A stretch of DNA of 62,954 nt, filler included, from Catajapyx aquilonaris (lineage: Eukaryota), in NCBI GenBank assembly GCA_000934665.2. It is 3 parts of 3 records of this genome, joined end to end, with 100 filler letters (N's around TTAATTAATTAA, not from the genome) between each part and the next. Parts side by side here need not be neighbours in the genome. Positions count along the whole stretch, not along the records: positions 1 to 21,581 come from KZ539500.1; 2 more parts are not named here. The stretch is one strand, 5' to 3'. A program made the position numbers and the translations under genes. Under the pieces are notes generated by a model. That model did not search any database. It was not told the DNA's origin and saw nothing but the letters and a program-made list of their open reading frames with translations. This document shows, one piece after another, positions 1 to 10,660 of this stretch; the stretch's first letter is position 1; the number at the start of each line of letters is the position of its first letter.

Positions 1-104
1 ACTGTCTTATTCCCACGATGGTGGAGTTACGGAATGGCCGGAAAGATGAGAGGGATGTTCTAGTTCGCTACCTGTAAACAGTGGCAACGACAGAAAGCAC
101 GCTA

Positions 105-200
105 AGCACTCTCCACATGCCAATGTCCGAACACGCGCAGTTGCCAGGTAACGCCAAAGTCGTTGTTTACACTTGTTATATGCTATTGTGCACGGCACTG
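105..200. mobile_element. End of a dispersed TA-flanked DNA-transposon repeat (second copy in reverse at ~42217-42311)
   Basis: 105-203 is the reverse complement of ~42216-42311 (gtacagtgc..caatagcatataacaagtgtaaacaacgactttggc..ggagagt); ends in CACTG followed by TA. Confidence 0.7.
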
Positions 201-202
201 TA

Positions 203-374
203 CAGTATTGGTCCCATATCGAGGCAACCGCCAGCGACATTTTCCGAAGCGGCAGAAGAAGGAATCTTGCTCGCCCGGCTTGTACCATGCTTATCTTCGA
301 TTCCTTCTTCTGCCGATGCCGCTGCCGCTTCGGAAAATGTCGCTGGCAGTTGCCTCGATATATGACCAATACTG
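203..374. mobile_element. Foldback MITE, Tc1/mariner-type (TA TSD)
   Basis: TA-CAGTATTGGTC...GACCAATACTG-TA; arms of ~60 bp (gaggcaaccgccagcgacattttccgaagcggcag / ctgccgcttcggaaaatgtcgctggcagttgcctc). Confidence 0.8.
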
Positions 375-376
375 TA

Positions 377-522
377 CTATCGGGTTCAAATACTTTTGGC
401 CCCTTTATCCTGGTCGTGAAGCAACCCTTCACACACACACACACACCTCCTCAACGTGGGGTCTGTGCGAATGGTTGCTGCAAGACCAGGATAAAGTGGC
501 CAAAAGTAGTTGAACCCGATAG
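377..522. mobile_element. Foldback MITE (TA TSD) with central (CA)n
   Basis: TA-CTATCGGGTTCAA..TACTTTTGGCC..TTTATCCTGGTC / GACCAGGATAAAGTGGCCAAAAGTA..TTGAACCCGATAG-TA. Confidence 0.8.
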
Positions 523-609
523 TACGCTACATCCTTACAAGCATTAATTATTTCTTCAAACAGTAATGTTAAGCCAGATGCAAAAGCCTCAATGATGAAC
601 CCTATAGTA

Positions 610-994
610 CATGGTATTACCGAATTCGTCTCCTAAAATGATATGGGTGGTGAGGGGTGCGTATGGTAAAGGCCCGAAAGGCCGGCGACGCTACGTCTAG
701 GAGATGTCGACCTTTGACATCGACGAGGTTTATCCTGACGAGTTGATATATGGATACCCACGTACATACCTTCATCTCTGGTTGCCGGAGTCAGGCAGTT
801 GAGCAACTGTCTGGCAGTGCGAACGCCTGACCCCGGCAACCAGCAATGCAGGCATGCACTGGGGTATCCATACTTGACAGGATACATCGTCGACGTCAAT
901 GTCGTCGCTAGCCTTTCTGACCCATTCCGTGCTTCTTCCATACCCATCCTCTACCACCCATATCATTTTGGCAAACGAATTCGAGAACACCCTG
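610..994. mobile_element. Degenerate CAGGGTG-type MITE
   Basis: Right end CACCCTG-TA; arms cgaattcgtctcctaaaatgatatgggtggt / accacccatatcattttggcaaacgaattcg. Confidence 0.6.
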
Positions 995-1035
995 TATAGT
1001 TTTTCTGCTTAGAATTTCGTTCGACTTTTCTTCGC

Positions 1036-1061
1036 TTATTATTATTATTATTATTATTATT

Positions 1062-1103
<42 letters not shown>
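1036..1103. repeat. Compound microsatellite (TAT)n(TGT)n
   Basis: Read directly from the sequence. Confidence 0.95.
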
Positions 1104-2037
1104 ATAGTCACTTATTTTACTTTTTGACTATAAGGCAGTCTTTTAGCGCAAACAAAAATATGCCATTCTATCGCCCTTCCCTCCTCCATGCATATCGTAT
1201 TATTTTTATTAACACGATAAGCTTAGTTGTTCAAAGTTAATAGCTCCGCCTGCCCCCCTTTTGTCAAGTACTGAAATCTCATTTGCCTTTCCATGACATT
1301 AATCGCAAATGACACCCCAGCATGCTACTCTCTCTCTGTCTTTATTTACGTCCTTGGAGGTAAGCACCTGTTCCTAGAAGGTCAAGGCTCGTACCCGATA
1401 TAGCGTGGCTTGGGAAATATGAAGGTGAAGAATATGGGGGGGNNNNNNNNNNNNNNNNNNNNNNNNNNNNNNNNNNNNNNNNNNNNNNNNNNNNNNNNNN
1501 NNNNNNNNNNNNNGGGGGGGGGTCAAGGAGGCCATGTCCGCGCAATTTTTAGGGGGGGAGGTAAGAAATTGTCCGCTTCTGTCCGCAAAGGGGAGGGGGG
1601 GAGGTAAAAAAGTGAAAAAATCTGTCCGCGCGGATTATGGACGGCCCCTAAACTGTTGCAGGCATAGTGTACTAAGATACGCCGGAGATATTTTGTATTG
1701 CGATATTATTCAAAAGCTGAGGTACATAATGTTTTTGTTGCATGGAAAATCTATGGATGCACTGGAGACTATAGCACATGACTCATGTTACGCCTTTCAG
1801 TATGAACACACAACTATTAACACGGTTTACTGCATCATGTATACGTTCAAATATTCGTTCGATTACGACCAACGAGAAGGGCCCTTTATCAACTAAACCC
1901 TGTAACAATAAATTATGCACTGCACAAAAATTGACCTTCTGCATACAATGTGTAGCTTATAATTATGGCGTAGATTATATGATACGGTTTTAAAGCCTTT
2001 GTACAAACCCCGCACTTCATAATCACAACCCCTATTG

Positions 2038-2252
2038 CAGTGGTTTCCAACCGGGGCGAGCCTTGGTTCGACTTTTTTTTGCAATTTCTGTGTCAATTGA
2101 ACCATTTTTGCTGCCTTACAGAGTGTATGTTTTCTAGAAAGGGGGCTATTGTAGAAGGGGCCGGGGAGAGGGGGGCAGGGGGGGGGNAGGGTCGCACATT
2201 TATGGACACATGTTTAGGGGGTCGCTGTTGGTAAAAGGTTGGAAACCTATTG
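2038..2252. mobile_element. Degenerate hAT-like MITE
   Basis: CAGTGGTTTCCAACC ... GGTTGGAAACCTATTG termini; 8-bp TSD not preserved. Confidence 0.5.
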
Positions 2253-2456
2253 TGTAAGGAGAGTGTTTTGAGAATGCTAGCAAGTTCAAAATAGTAATGT
2301 GTCAGTTATACACTGATTGTATCTTGATGTTGTCATAAAGCGTTATTAATGCAGTACCGGTATGTTGGAGCTAAAGTTGCAGAAAATGTAACTGCAGAAT
2401 TAGATGTAGTGCTACGGTATACACTAATAGTACAGTACACGTATGATTAACATGAA

Positions 2457-2794
2457 GGGGAGACGGAGTGGCTCTGCGGTAACGTATGCGCCCACGGATG
2501 TTAAGGTCCCGGGTTCGATCCCAGCCCGGGGACACCGCTTCATCTCGTGCAGAGTTCAGGGTCACCTCTGGCTTCGTTTCGGGTGGTATTTCCACAGACT
2601 AAACCACCCGGGGGAGTTCACTAAAATGGCCACGGATAAGACATTGCATGCACCTTGCACATCCCCTCCTGTCATCCTGCCCGTGGCGTGGGCCCGGGCG
2701 CTACGTTATCAGGTCCTGATGTATACTAATGTATATGAGTACGGTAATAAATGTCCGTGCAATATAACTCGGAATGAGCTCGTGCACTACCCGG

Positions 2795-2851
<57 letters not shown>
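2457..2851 (+). mobile_element. tRNA-derived SINE with (TAT)n tail
   Basis: Pol III A-box-like GTGGCTCTGCGG, B box GGTTCGATCCC, ~250-bp body, long (TAT)n tail at 2796-2851. Confidence 0.8.
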
Positions 2852-2854
<3 letters not shown>

Positions 2855-2977
2855 ATGCCATCAATTCCCACACCATATTATCTACTATTCCATTACCATT
2901 ATTACGGGGAAAGGAGCGGATTTCAAAGTGCATAATTTACGTATTCTTTCCGAAAATTCTCGCATAGGCGGGAATAA

Positions 2978-3517
2978 AGGCGAGTTCACATTAGCTGACG
3001 GTAGCATACGAAACGAACGAAACGGTATGACGAAACGAACGGAACTAGGGGAGAGGTGTTCAGACACATAAAAGCGAGGGCAGAGCGAGGGGCGTGGCTT
3101 AGCCTCCGTATCCCGCAGCGCATGCGCTGTGCTGGAACTCTCTGGCAGGAAAGTGGTTTTCCCTCGGGCTCTCACTCCCTCCGGACTCTTCTCCCGACGA
3201 CCGCTCTCCTGATCCCAAGTTCATACTGAGCTCCTTCGTCCTGTCCCCGCCAGAGGCGCTGCCCCGGTTCCCCCACTTTCTACCCCCACTCGCTGATCGC
3301 CACACCCCTGCAGCTTTCCTGGCTATCCCATTGGTGGAAACGGACGGACAGGTCCGTATTCCGTATTCCCTATTCCGTATCCGTCAAAAGATGATTCTGT
3401 TCGTATTTTCCGTTTCGTAATCCCTTTCACTTTTCGTCATCCTCAAGTGGGCTCTGATTGGTCCACTACTTCGTTTCGTTCGTTTCCTATGCTACCGTCA
3501 GCTAGTGTGAACCCCCT
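2978..3517. mobile_element. PIF/Harbinger (Tourist-like) MITE
   Basis: ~45-bp TIRs gttcacattagctgacggtagcatacgaaacgaacgaaac / gtttcgttcgtttcctatgctaccgtcagctagtgtgaac; TAA/TAG flanks. Confidence 0.7.
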
Positions 3518-4446
3518 TAGGTTGTATGAGCGCATCACACTTGAAGCGAATGTACGGTTTTAAAATTTTATGTTTCTTTTTCTGGCCAGATCAAAAAAAA
3601 AAAAACATTTCTCATACTACTGTACATTGGGTTAGAGAGTCACGTGACAGACACCCAACATGGCTGCTCACACACCGGATGTCTGCTGAAGCGGTCGCCA
3701 TTTATAAAACACAAAGCAGTCAAGATGTGCCCTCGGCCCTGGGTGCAGGGCTGGCCCACGGCTTTTGGGGAATTCCTGGTCAATCCAAGCGGAAATATAG
3801 CCGTAAAACACGCTGAATATTGAGAAACGGTGGTGTGCGCAGGAAAAAAATCTTGCTTTTTTTTCTTCAAGAAACTGCATAATTATTTGCATTTAGGTGG
3901 GATTTTCATTGGAGATTTGGCAATGACAAATATATGTGTAAATGCGAAATTTTGTGCCAAGAAAATGCCCGAATCTGGAAATACGAAATCTCGTATTTAC
4001 GTCCATACAACAATCTATTAGTTCCTATTGGTTGGCTAAGGCGACTTGAGCCTTTCTGCTCATTTCCTCCTGTCAATGGAAACTATAACATATTGTGAAC
4101 ACGTGTGTATGAATGCATGTGCCCTGATATGAATGTCTGACAGCTTCGTGTTTAGTATTGCATAACCTGCCTTACCGATGTCACCTGGCAGAACAAGAGT
4201 CAAATCAATGACCATCTCATTCCAGAGTGAAGGTGGATCTACACGGGCGTCCGGAACCTCCCCGACCTCTAGAAGCGTCGAGCCCCGGAGCCAACATGGG
4301 GCACAACCCTGGTGAGTGTGTGAAGATTTTGCCCCCCCCCCNNNNNNNNNNNNNNNNNNNNNNNNNNNNNNNNNNNNNNNNNNNNNNNNNNNNNNNNNNN
4401 NNNNNNNNNNNNNNNNNNNNNNNNNNNNNNNNNNNNNNNNNNNNNN

Positions 4447-4485
<39 letters not shown>

Positions 4486-4981
4486 CCGCCCTCGCCACCC
4501 ACCCCCTTCCACTCTCTTGCTCCTATCGACTTACTCTCTACTCGCTCCACATCTACGGCCTACACTTGGTTGCCTCATAATTAAGATGGGGAACCTCCTT
4601 CATGTCCTCGCACTGCTTGCATTATTCACCGAATCTATGATGTAATGGAAGTTGCTCTCAAGTTTGTGTGCGGGCATTAGGACTAGGATCCGAAGTAGGT
4701 GATAACAGTTATATAGGTGCAGTAGCTTTCGTCATTATTTTGTCCTCTTAATGAATGGGCCGGAGAGATCACTGGAAGAGTATATTATTGTGGTCATTGT
4801 GACCCTAGTCAAGTTAGCATGCTCATCTTTTAATCTGTTTTTTTTTTTCCATAATACAAGTATTATCTCCTTTCCATGTAGCTACTAGAATAATCCCAGA
4901 AAATTTTCAGGTGACATACATACACTAATGCGTTATGTTACTGAAATATCTCCATAAGGAAGAATGCAATCCTTGTTAAAT

Positions 4982-5290
4982 AATAATAAGAATAAGAATA
5001 ATTTGTACCCCGTGCTAGAGCCATGGGCCCTCTTAGGGGGGTGGGATACCACCATATTTTTTTATCTGGAACTCTTGCTTTCGTTTTTACTTCTCGTATA
5101 TGGGGATGGGATAGGGACGGAAGGAAGCGGCTGTGGCCTATAATTACGGACACGACCCCGGAATTTTCCTGGTGAGACCATGGGAAACCACAGAGAACCA
5201 CGGTCAGGGTCGGCGGCCACCGGGACTCGAACCCAGGACCTCCCGATTAGCAGTCGGATACCATATCCCCTCCGCTACCACTGCTTCGGT
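4982..5290 (-). mobile_element. tRNA-derived SINE with 15-bp TSD
   Basis: TSD CAATCCTTGTTAAAT at 4967-4981 and 5291-5305; B box GGTTCGAGTCCC on minus; central GGTTTCCC..CCAGG..GGCCACAGCCGCTTCCTTCC block resembling a conserved arthropod SINE domain; AT-rich tail. Confidence 0.85.
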
Positions 5291-6348
5291 CAATCCTTGT
5301 TAAATGGTGTCAAGTAGCCCTGGTTAATTATAGCGCTAATGAAAGAGTCGATCCCTGAATCTTGACATATTTCCATGCCTCAGACAGAGAACTAAAAATT
5401 TCTCAATGGCACAACTACTATATCCTCCTACATGTAGCAGTTCCTTTAATAAATAAGCCTATAGGAATAAAACAAATTTGTTTCATGTCGATATTTCCAG
5501 TAGGCTAATGGTTTGAAATTATCAGTAACAGTTATAATATATGGTAGGGATTAAAATATATTATTGATTTCTCGTGCAAATTAGTATCAACAATGATATT
5601 GGACAGCTCAGCCTCACGCCCGTTTTAATATTGGGAATAGAGAAGCATTAGGTTATTAGTGAGAGAATATTATGCCATATGAAGGGGTGAATCCATATTG
5701 CAGTCTGTCTCAATTTGTCTAGTTTGTCAGTCACAGGATACAGAATACATGTCCTCGCTAACTTCCCTCATGCCTAATTAATGCGAAACAGCGCTCCAGT
5801 CTAATCCACTACAGTGCGGTACGGTATACGCCGTATGAAGCGAGTGCGCAGGCAACATTGAGGCTTTTCGTACCTAGGCTTGAAAATCAATTAGGCTTCC
5901 TGCCCCTGGAAACTTTTCAAATGAACTGGGAGCCTCGTCATGTAAAGATTCCACCTATATCCTGATGGCAATGACATAATGCATAATAATCAATTTAAAA
6001 TTTAAGACGGCTACAGAGACAACTCATCATCATCACGACCCGACGCACAGTATTTGATATCAGAAAAAACACGATCGAAAATGCTAGCTCCTCAACTAAA
6101 CTGTGTAAGTACGTAAAAAACATGCCTCCCCATGTTTTAGGGGTCGCTGATTTTGATTTTTAGGTTATTTTGAACCTAGGCTTACAGGGTGTACCAAAAA
6201 GTCGCATGGAATTTAAGACCTTCTAGAAAAAAGCACTATAGGTAGGTGTAAATAACAATTCTCGATGCTTTCGCGGTCAATGATTTTGATTTCAAGGTTA
6301 TTTTCAACCAAGACCTACAGGGTGTACCGAAAACACTGTCGAATGTAA

Positions 6349-6626
6349 CCCTGGAACCGTGCCGTGGGGTCTTTTTGGACCCCAAGGAAAAATGCATTAA
6401 AAGGATAATTACAATTAACTTTTGCCATTTTTACGGTATATAACAGGAAGTGCAGGTTTATTTTGAATTAGCGATCCTTTTAGGCATTGTTCAAAGAATG
6501 ATTGTATATAGTCAATACATTGAAAAGTATTATATAATAATTAATAAAAATTAAAATATGGTGGGGTCCGAAAAGACCCCACGGCACGGTTGCCGTAATA
6601 CTCGTAGGCACGGCACGGTTCCAGGG
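6349..6626. mobile_element. piggyBac-type MITE nested in the Transib element
   Basis: (G)TAA-CCCTGGAACCGTGCCGTG ... CACGGCACGGTTCCAGGG-TTAA; asymmetric ends with a duplicated motif on the right and GGGGTC-N-GACCCC palindromes. Confidence 0.8.
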
Positions 6627-6817
6627 TTAATAGATTGTAGGATAAATGGTATAAATTATTGCAAAATGATGTTCTTAATTAATTGAGAGGGTTACAAATA
6701 GAATTAAATCATTTATTTATTTACTAATTATTTTTAATTTTTATGAAATAAAATTTTAAAGTTACCTTGAGATTTGTGGTGTTCGTTTGATAAATCCTAT
6801 ACTGCAAAAGCGTCTAA

Positions 6818-7313
6818 AGGTGGGTTTATACTCCGCCGTAAGGGGCGAGAAGCAGCAGTAGCGCCGTAAAGAAAGCGAGCCTGCTACTGCAAGCGGTTTA
6901 TACTAGCTATTGTATGTGTGCTGTATGTCAAGCATTGCCGGATTCCTAGTACCCGCGGTGTCCGCCAGGTGTCCGCAGCTCCGGTCTGCCACGGATTTTG
7001 GACTTAAATTTTTTAATACTAAAAACGTCCATGGGTCTCGGCAATGATCATATTAGCTGGCCAAAAATCAAATCGTTCCGGGAATATGCCTTATGAGCCA
7101 GCTTTCGGACACATACGGCAAGCATTGCGGCGCTTTGCGGAGCCACCATTTTTTTGCCGTAGTGGCCTTATGACGTAGCTGAAAAGTTGAATTTCGTTCA
7201 ACTTTTGCAGCGGCCGTAGGGAGTTGAAATTCACGCCGTAGTGCGCTGGCGATACCGCAGCAGCGTGCCGTAAGCTGCCGTAGTGCCCCTTACGGCGGAG
7301 TATAAACCCACCT
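6818..7313. mobile_element. PIF/Harbinger MITE nested in the Transib element
   Basis: Perfect 29-bp TIR AGGTGGGTTTATACTCCGCCGTAAGGGGC; TAA TSD at 6815-6817 and 7314-7316. Confidence 0.85.
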
Positions 7314-8869
7314 TAAATCATGAAATTGCTGTTATGGTCACCTTCAGGGTGTACTGTAACTAGAAAATCATAATCCAGCTGCTAATATCTGCTACCCACA
7401 AATTTAGAAATGAAAACACCTGAGAGGTGCCTTCGAGGGAGGTTCAATTTATGTCCTAAACTGAATTTCAAAGATGATTAATTAATAACTTCTATCCTTT
7501 TCAGAAGCACAGTGTGTCTCCTAAAGTTTTGAGTGCTTACATAACAAAAAACGACATAATTTAAACAACAATCGCGACTTTGTGCAGAAACATCATTTTC
7601 TACAATACTTCCACTATTTATTCCATGAACTCTTACATTCGGTGGTATTTTCTGTACACCTTGTATGTCCTGATTCAACATAACCTAAAAATTGAATGCC
7701 ACAGTGCAATAAGGGCCCATCTGTCAATTTTTACGGAAATGCTTTTATGGCATATTGTACTTCCTCTGGTGGATGTCCATCCGTATAAAATGCAAGAAGA
7801 GCCGAAATGTCACTAGTAACGCCTGAAAAAGGCTTCTATAAACCAGCGACGGACCAAAACGCGATTTCTTGATAGCAGTGACTAACGTCATTGTCACTTG
7901 AAAAGCGCGATTTTAATCCACTTCCAAGTGACCCACGATTTGAAAATAGCGGTGACTTTTAACCGCGACCTGATTTTTGTCTAAGCGCTACTTCTGAAGG
8001 AGATGCGTTACTTTACCATTTAGAACGTTCCCCTCTGTGGAGCAGTGCTAAACCTAGTGGAAAATAAAGTAGACTTGTGGGTCTGTATGTCACCAAAAAA
8101 TCTTTGACCTACGCCCTCGGGAAGTAGTCAAAAATGACCTATACTTTATAAGGTAGACCTAGGTGGCATGGGAGACAAAAAAACATTAAATTTAATTAAA
8201 TATAATGTGTAATTACTCTGAGGCGAATACTATGTCTCCTGTAAATCATAACCATTCATTAAATTTATCCTGAGACGGTTTATTCTACATATTTAAGCCA
8301 AAGGACCGATACCATGCAAGAAGGGCCCAATTGTGAGCATTAAAAGTATTTAAATAAAATATAAATTACGTGGACATTTCAATGAAAGTGCTGTCAGGTA
8401 TTCATGTTGTACATATCTGTCATTAGGTTTAGAGCACAATGGCCTACCATCAACAGAAACAGAAATAAATAGTTTTCCTTCTCTTCCTGGACATTTTCAA
8501 TTTTCACAATATATTGGGCCCTTATTGAATTGTGGTCTTCATTTGAAATCAGCGACCTCTAAAACATGAGGAGACAGGTTTTCTACGTACTTAAACGGTT
8601 TAGTTGAGGAGCTGTCATTTTCGATCGTGTTTTTTCTGATATCAAACACTGTGCGACGTTTCCTAGTATACTGTATGATGATGATAGGGATAAGTAATGG
8701 AAGGATTAGGCCCTATACATACAGTAGAATTAGAAACGAATGCTAGAATGAATCAAAAGTTGAGGTGTGAAACCCTCAGAACATTATTTATCGAAGAGTT
8801 TGCATGTGGATTTTGAGTCATTTTCTTACTTAAACAAGAATAAAAAATGCAAATTGTGTGTGTGGGTGT

Positions 8870-9167
8870 ACGGGTCTTCAATTAGCTCTGGGGACGGAAA
8901 TGGGACTTTTAACTGTAACTGTGGGGACATTTTCAAATAGTGGGGACATTTCTCGTCCCCACAATTGAGTTCACCGGTTGGGTACATACATAGTGGGGAC
9001 ATGACCCCACAATTGGGTCTGTTTAAAAACCATTTATCTCAGCCTAGGTTAGTTAGGGTAGGGTAGGTTAGGTATGTTAGGTTAGGTTAGGTTAGGTCAT
9101 GTTAGGATAAACTAGGTTTCATAAGCTGTGTTAGCCATGTCCCCACAGCTTATGGCGTGCAAACATG
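8870..9167. mobile_element. (TG)n-embedded element A with GTGGGGAC/GTCCCCAC subterminal repeats and (TTAGG)n
   Basis: TG tracts on both sides; about 4 GGGGAC repeats on the left, inverted GTCCCCAC copies, TTAGG tract ~9045-9106, ends AAACATG. Confidence 0.6.
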
Positions 9168-9179
9168 TGTGTGTGTGTG

Positions 9180-9444
9180 ATCAGACATTGCTATCCTTGT
9201 GAGGATTTTTTTCGCTTGTTTCCTATCCTTGTGAGGACCGAAAACCTTACGAGGACTTTTTTCAGGCCCTCATAAGGTACACAGTCCTCACAAGGATGGC
9301 GGAAAATCAAACCAAGACCTCCTTTTTACTGTGAAAAAATAGGTCACCAAAATATCGTGTGTTTTTTGTAGGTTAGGTTAGGTTAGGTTAGTTATAAATT
9401 TTTATTTTTGCCAGACCCTCACAAGGATAGCACATTATAACATG
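9180..9444. mobile_element. (TG)n-embedded element B with CCTTGTGAGGA/CCTCACAAGG repeats and (TTAGG)n
   Basis: TG tracts at 9166-9179 and 9446-9469; direct then inverted subterminal repeats; TTAGG tract ~9369-9392; ends AACATG. Confidence 0.6.
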
Positions 9445-9599
9445 AGTGTGTGTGTGTGTGTGTGTGTGTACTGTCGTTACAACCCTTAAAATATAGCACC
9501 AAAACTGTTGTTATAGCACCAAAATGTGTAATAAAGTAAATATCAGTGCAGGATGTTACCAAACTCATTTAGAGTCATATAATACCTACAAGCATTATT

Positions 9600-9770
9600 T
9601 TTATGGTTGGTTGGTTGGGGGAGCCAAGCAACTAAGCCTATCTGGCATATAGTATAGAGGGTGGGATGGGGAAGAGAGAATTTGAATGTGGGAAGAAACG
9701 GAAGAACCCCGAGAAACCCACGCGACCATGGAGATAACCTCTCGAAAAAATTTCCACGTGACAAATGCAG
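9600..9770 (-). mobile_element. SINE remnant with V-domain-like core
   Basis: TGTGGGAAGAAACGGAAGAACCCCGAGAAACCCAC resembles the reverse complement of the V-SINE core (GGGTTTTCTCCGGG..TCCGGTTTCCTCCCA); (CCAA)n tail. Confidence 0.45.
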
Positions 9771-10149
9771 TGCTAAGAATAATGTCAAACAGCTTATTAG
9801 TACTGTATTAGCCTTTATTCCCAGTTAGCAACCTACTCATAAAATGTGCCAAAGTATCATAGACCATATCGCCGGCAATACGGAGAAAGGTCGAATAAAC
9901 CATTTTAGAAATTTTACAGGAAATGTACAAATAGGTTGATAAGAGACGATGGCCAGTCAAAATAAATTGATACTCATTTTTTATGCGACAGAGAGAATCA
10001 GTTCATATATCGCGGTGAATGGCATAGTATGCATTGAAGTATTATTAGAACACCGATTTATTGTTCAAATATTCCGCGATCTCAGGCGATGGTGATACCG
10101 GAAGTAGACCTAGGTTCACATTTGTCTCTGCACTGCCAGGAGGTCGGCC

Positions 10150-10660
10150 GTGAGACCCAATATATTCAGCGTTGAGGTTTTGCTTCCGTTTGAGTAACAC
10201 AACCACAGAGGTGTACAACATGCTAAGGTTGTGAACGGCAGATACGGGTCACCATGTGAGGCCACAAGACGTTGACACCCTTCACAAACCTCCACCCGCA
10301 TCTGCCTCTCCTCTGGAGTCACCAGTCTGGGGGCCCATCGCATCGGGTGCAAACTCATCGCATGTGCAAATGGTCAATGAAAAATCATGTGGGCACTACC
10401 ATTGGATGTACCACACAATCTGGCAAGGCCGTCGACGGTTACGCGGTGATCTTCCCAGACAATCCCTGCATAGCTGCTGTTGTTAATGATCTCCTCTGTC
10501 AAAACTCTGATGGGAGTCTGCAAACCTGTCTCCGGCTTTGAAAGCTGACTACGCACACTTGCTGAATGTCTTGTACCATCGGAATGCTGTGGGACACATC
10601 TTCGCCATCTCTTAGCATGTCATACGCCTTCGTCGCATAGGTAGACACCGGTAATCATGC
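10150..10660 (-). pseudogene. mariner transposase remnant (N-terminal half on minus, second N-terminus on plus)
   Basis: Minus-strand fragments AFRWYKTF, EDHRVTVDGLARLCGTSNGSAHMIFH (HTH) and RWAPRLVTPEERQMRVEVC (WVPRLL motif); plus strand RFCFRLSNTTTEVYNML; frameshifted. Confidence 0.75.

Larger units (their letters stand above)
6046..8653. mobile_element. Transib-type non-autonomous DNA transposon with nested insertions
   Basis: ~105-bp TIRs starting CACAGTA (left) and CACAGTG (right, minus strand); perfect 5-bp TSD CGACG at 6041-6045 and 8654-8658. Confidence 0.8.

Noticed and set aside
908..1111. Low-complexity ORFs (poly-T/I, poly-Y, ER repeats) in the ORF track
   Set aside because: They are translations of microsatellites and N gaps.
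2457..2530. tRNA-like sequences here and at ~5220-5290, 20570-20640, 43534-43605, 59755-59825 and 61920-61988
   Set aside because: They lack complete cloverleafs and run into SINE bodies, most with tails and TSDs, so they are SINE heads, not tRNA genes.
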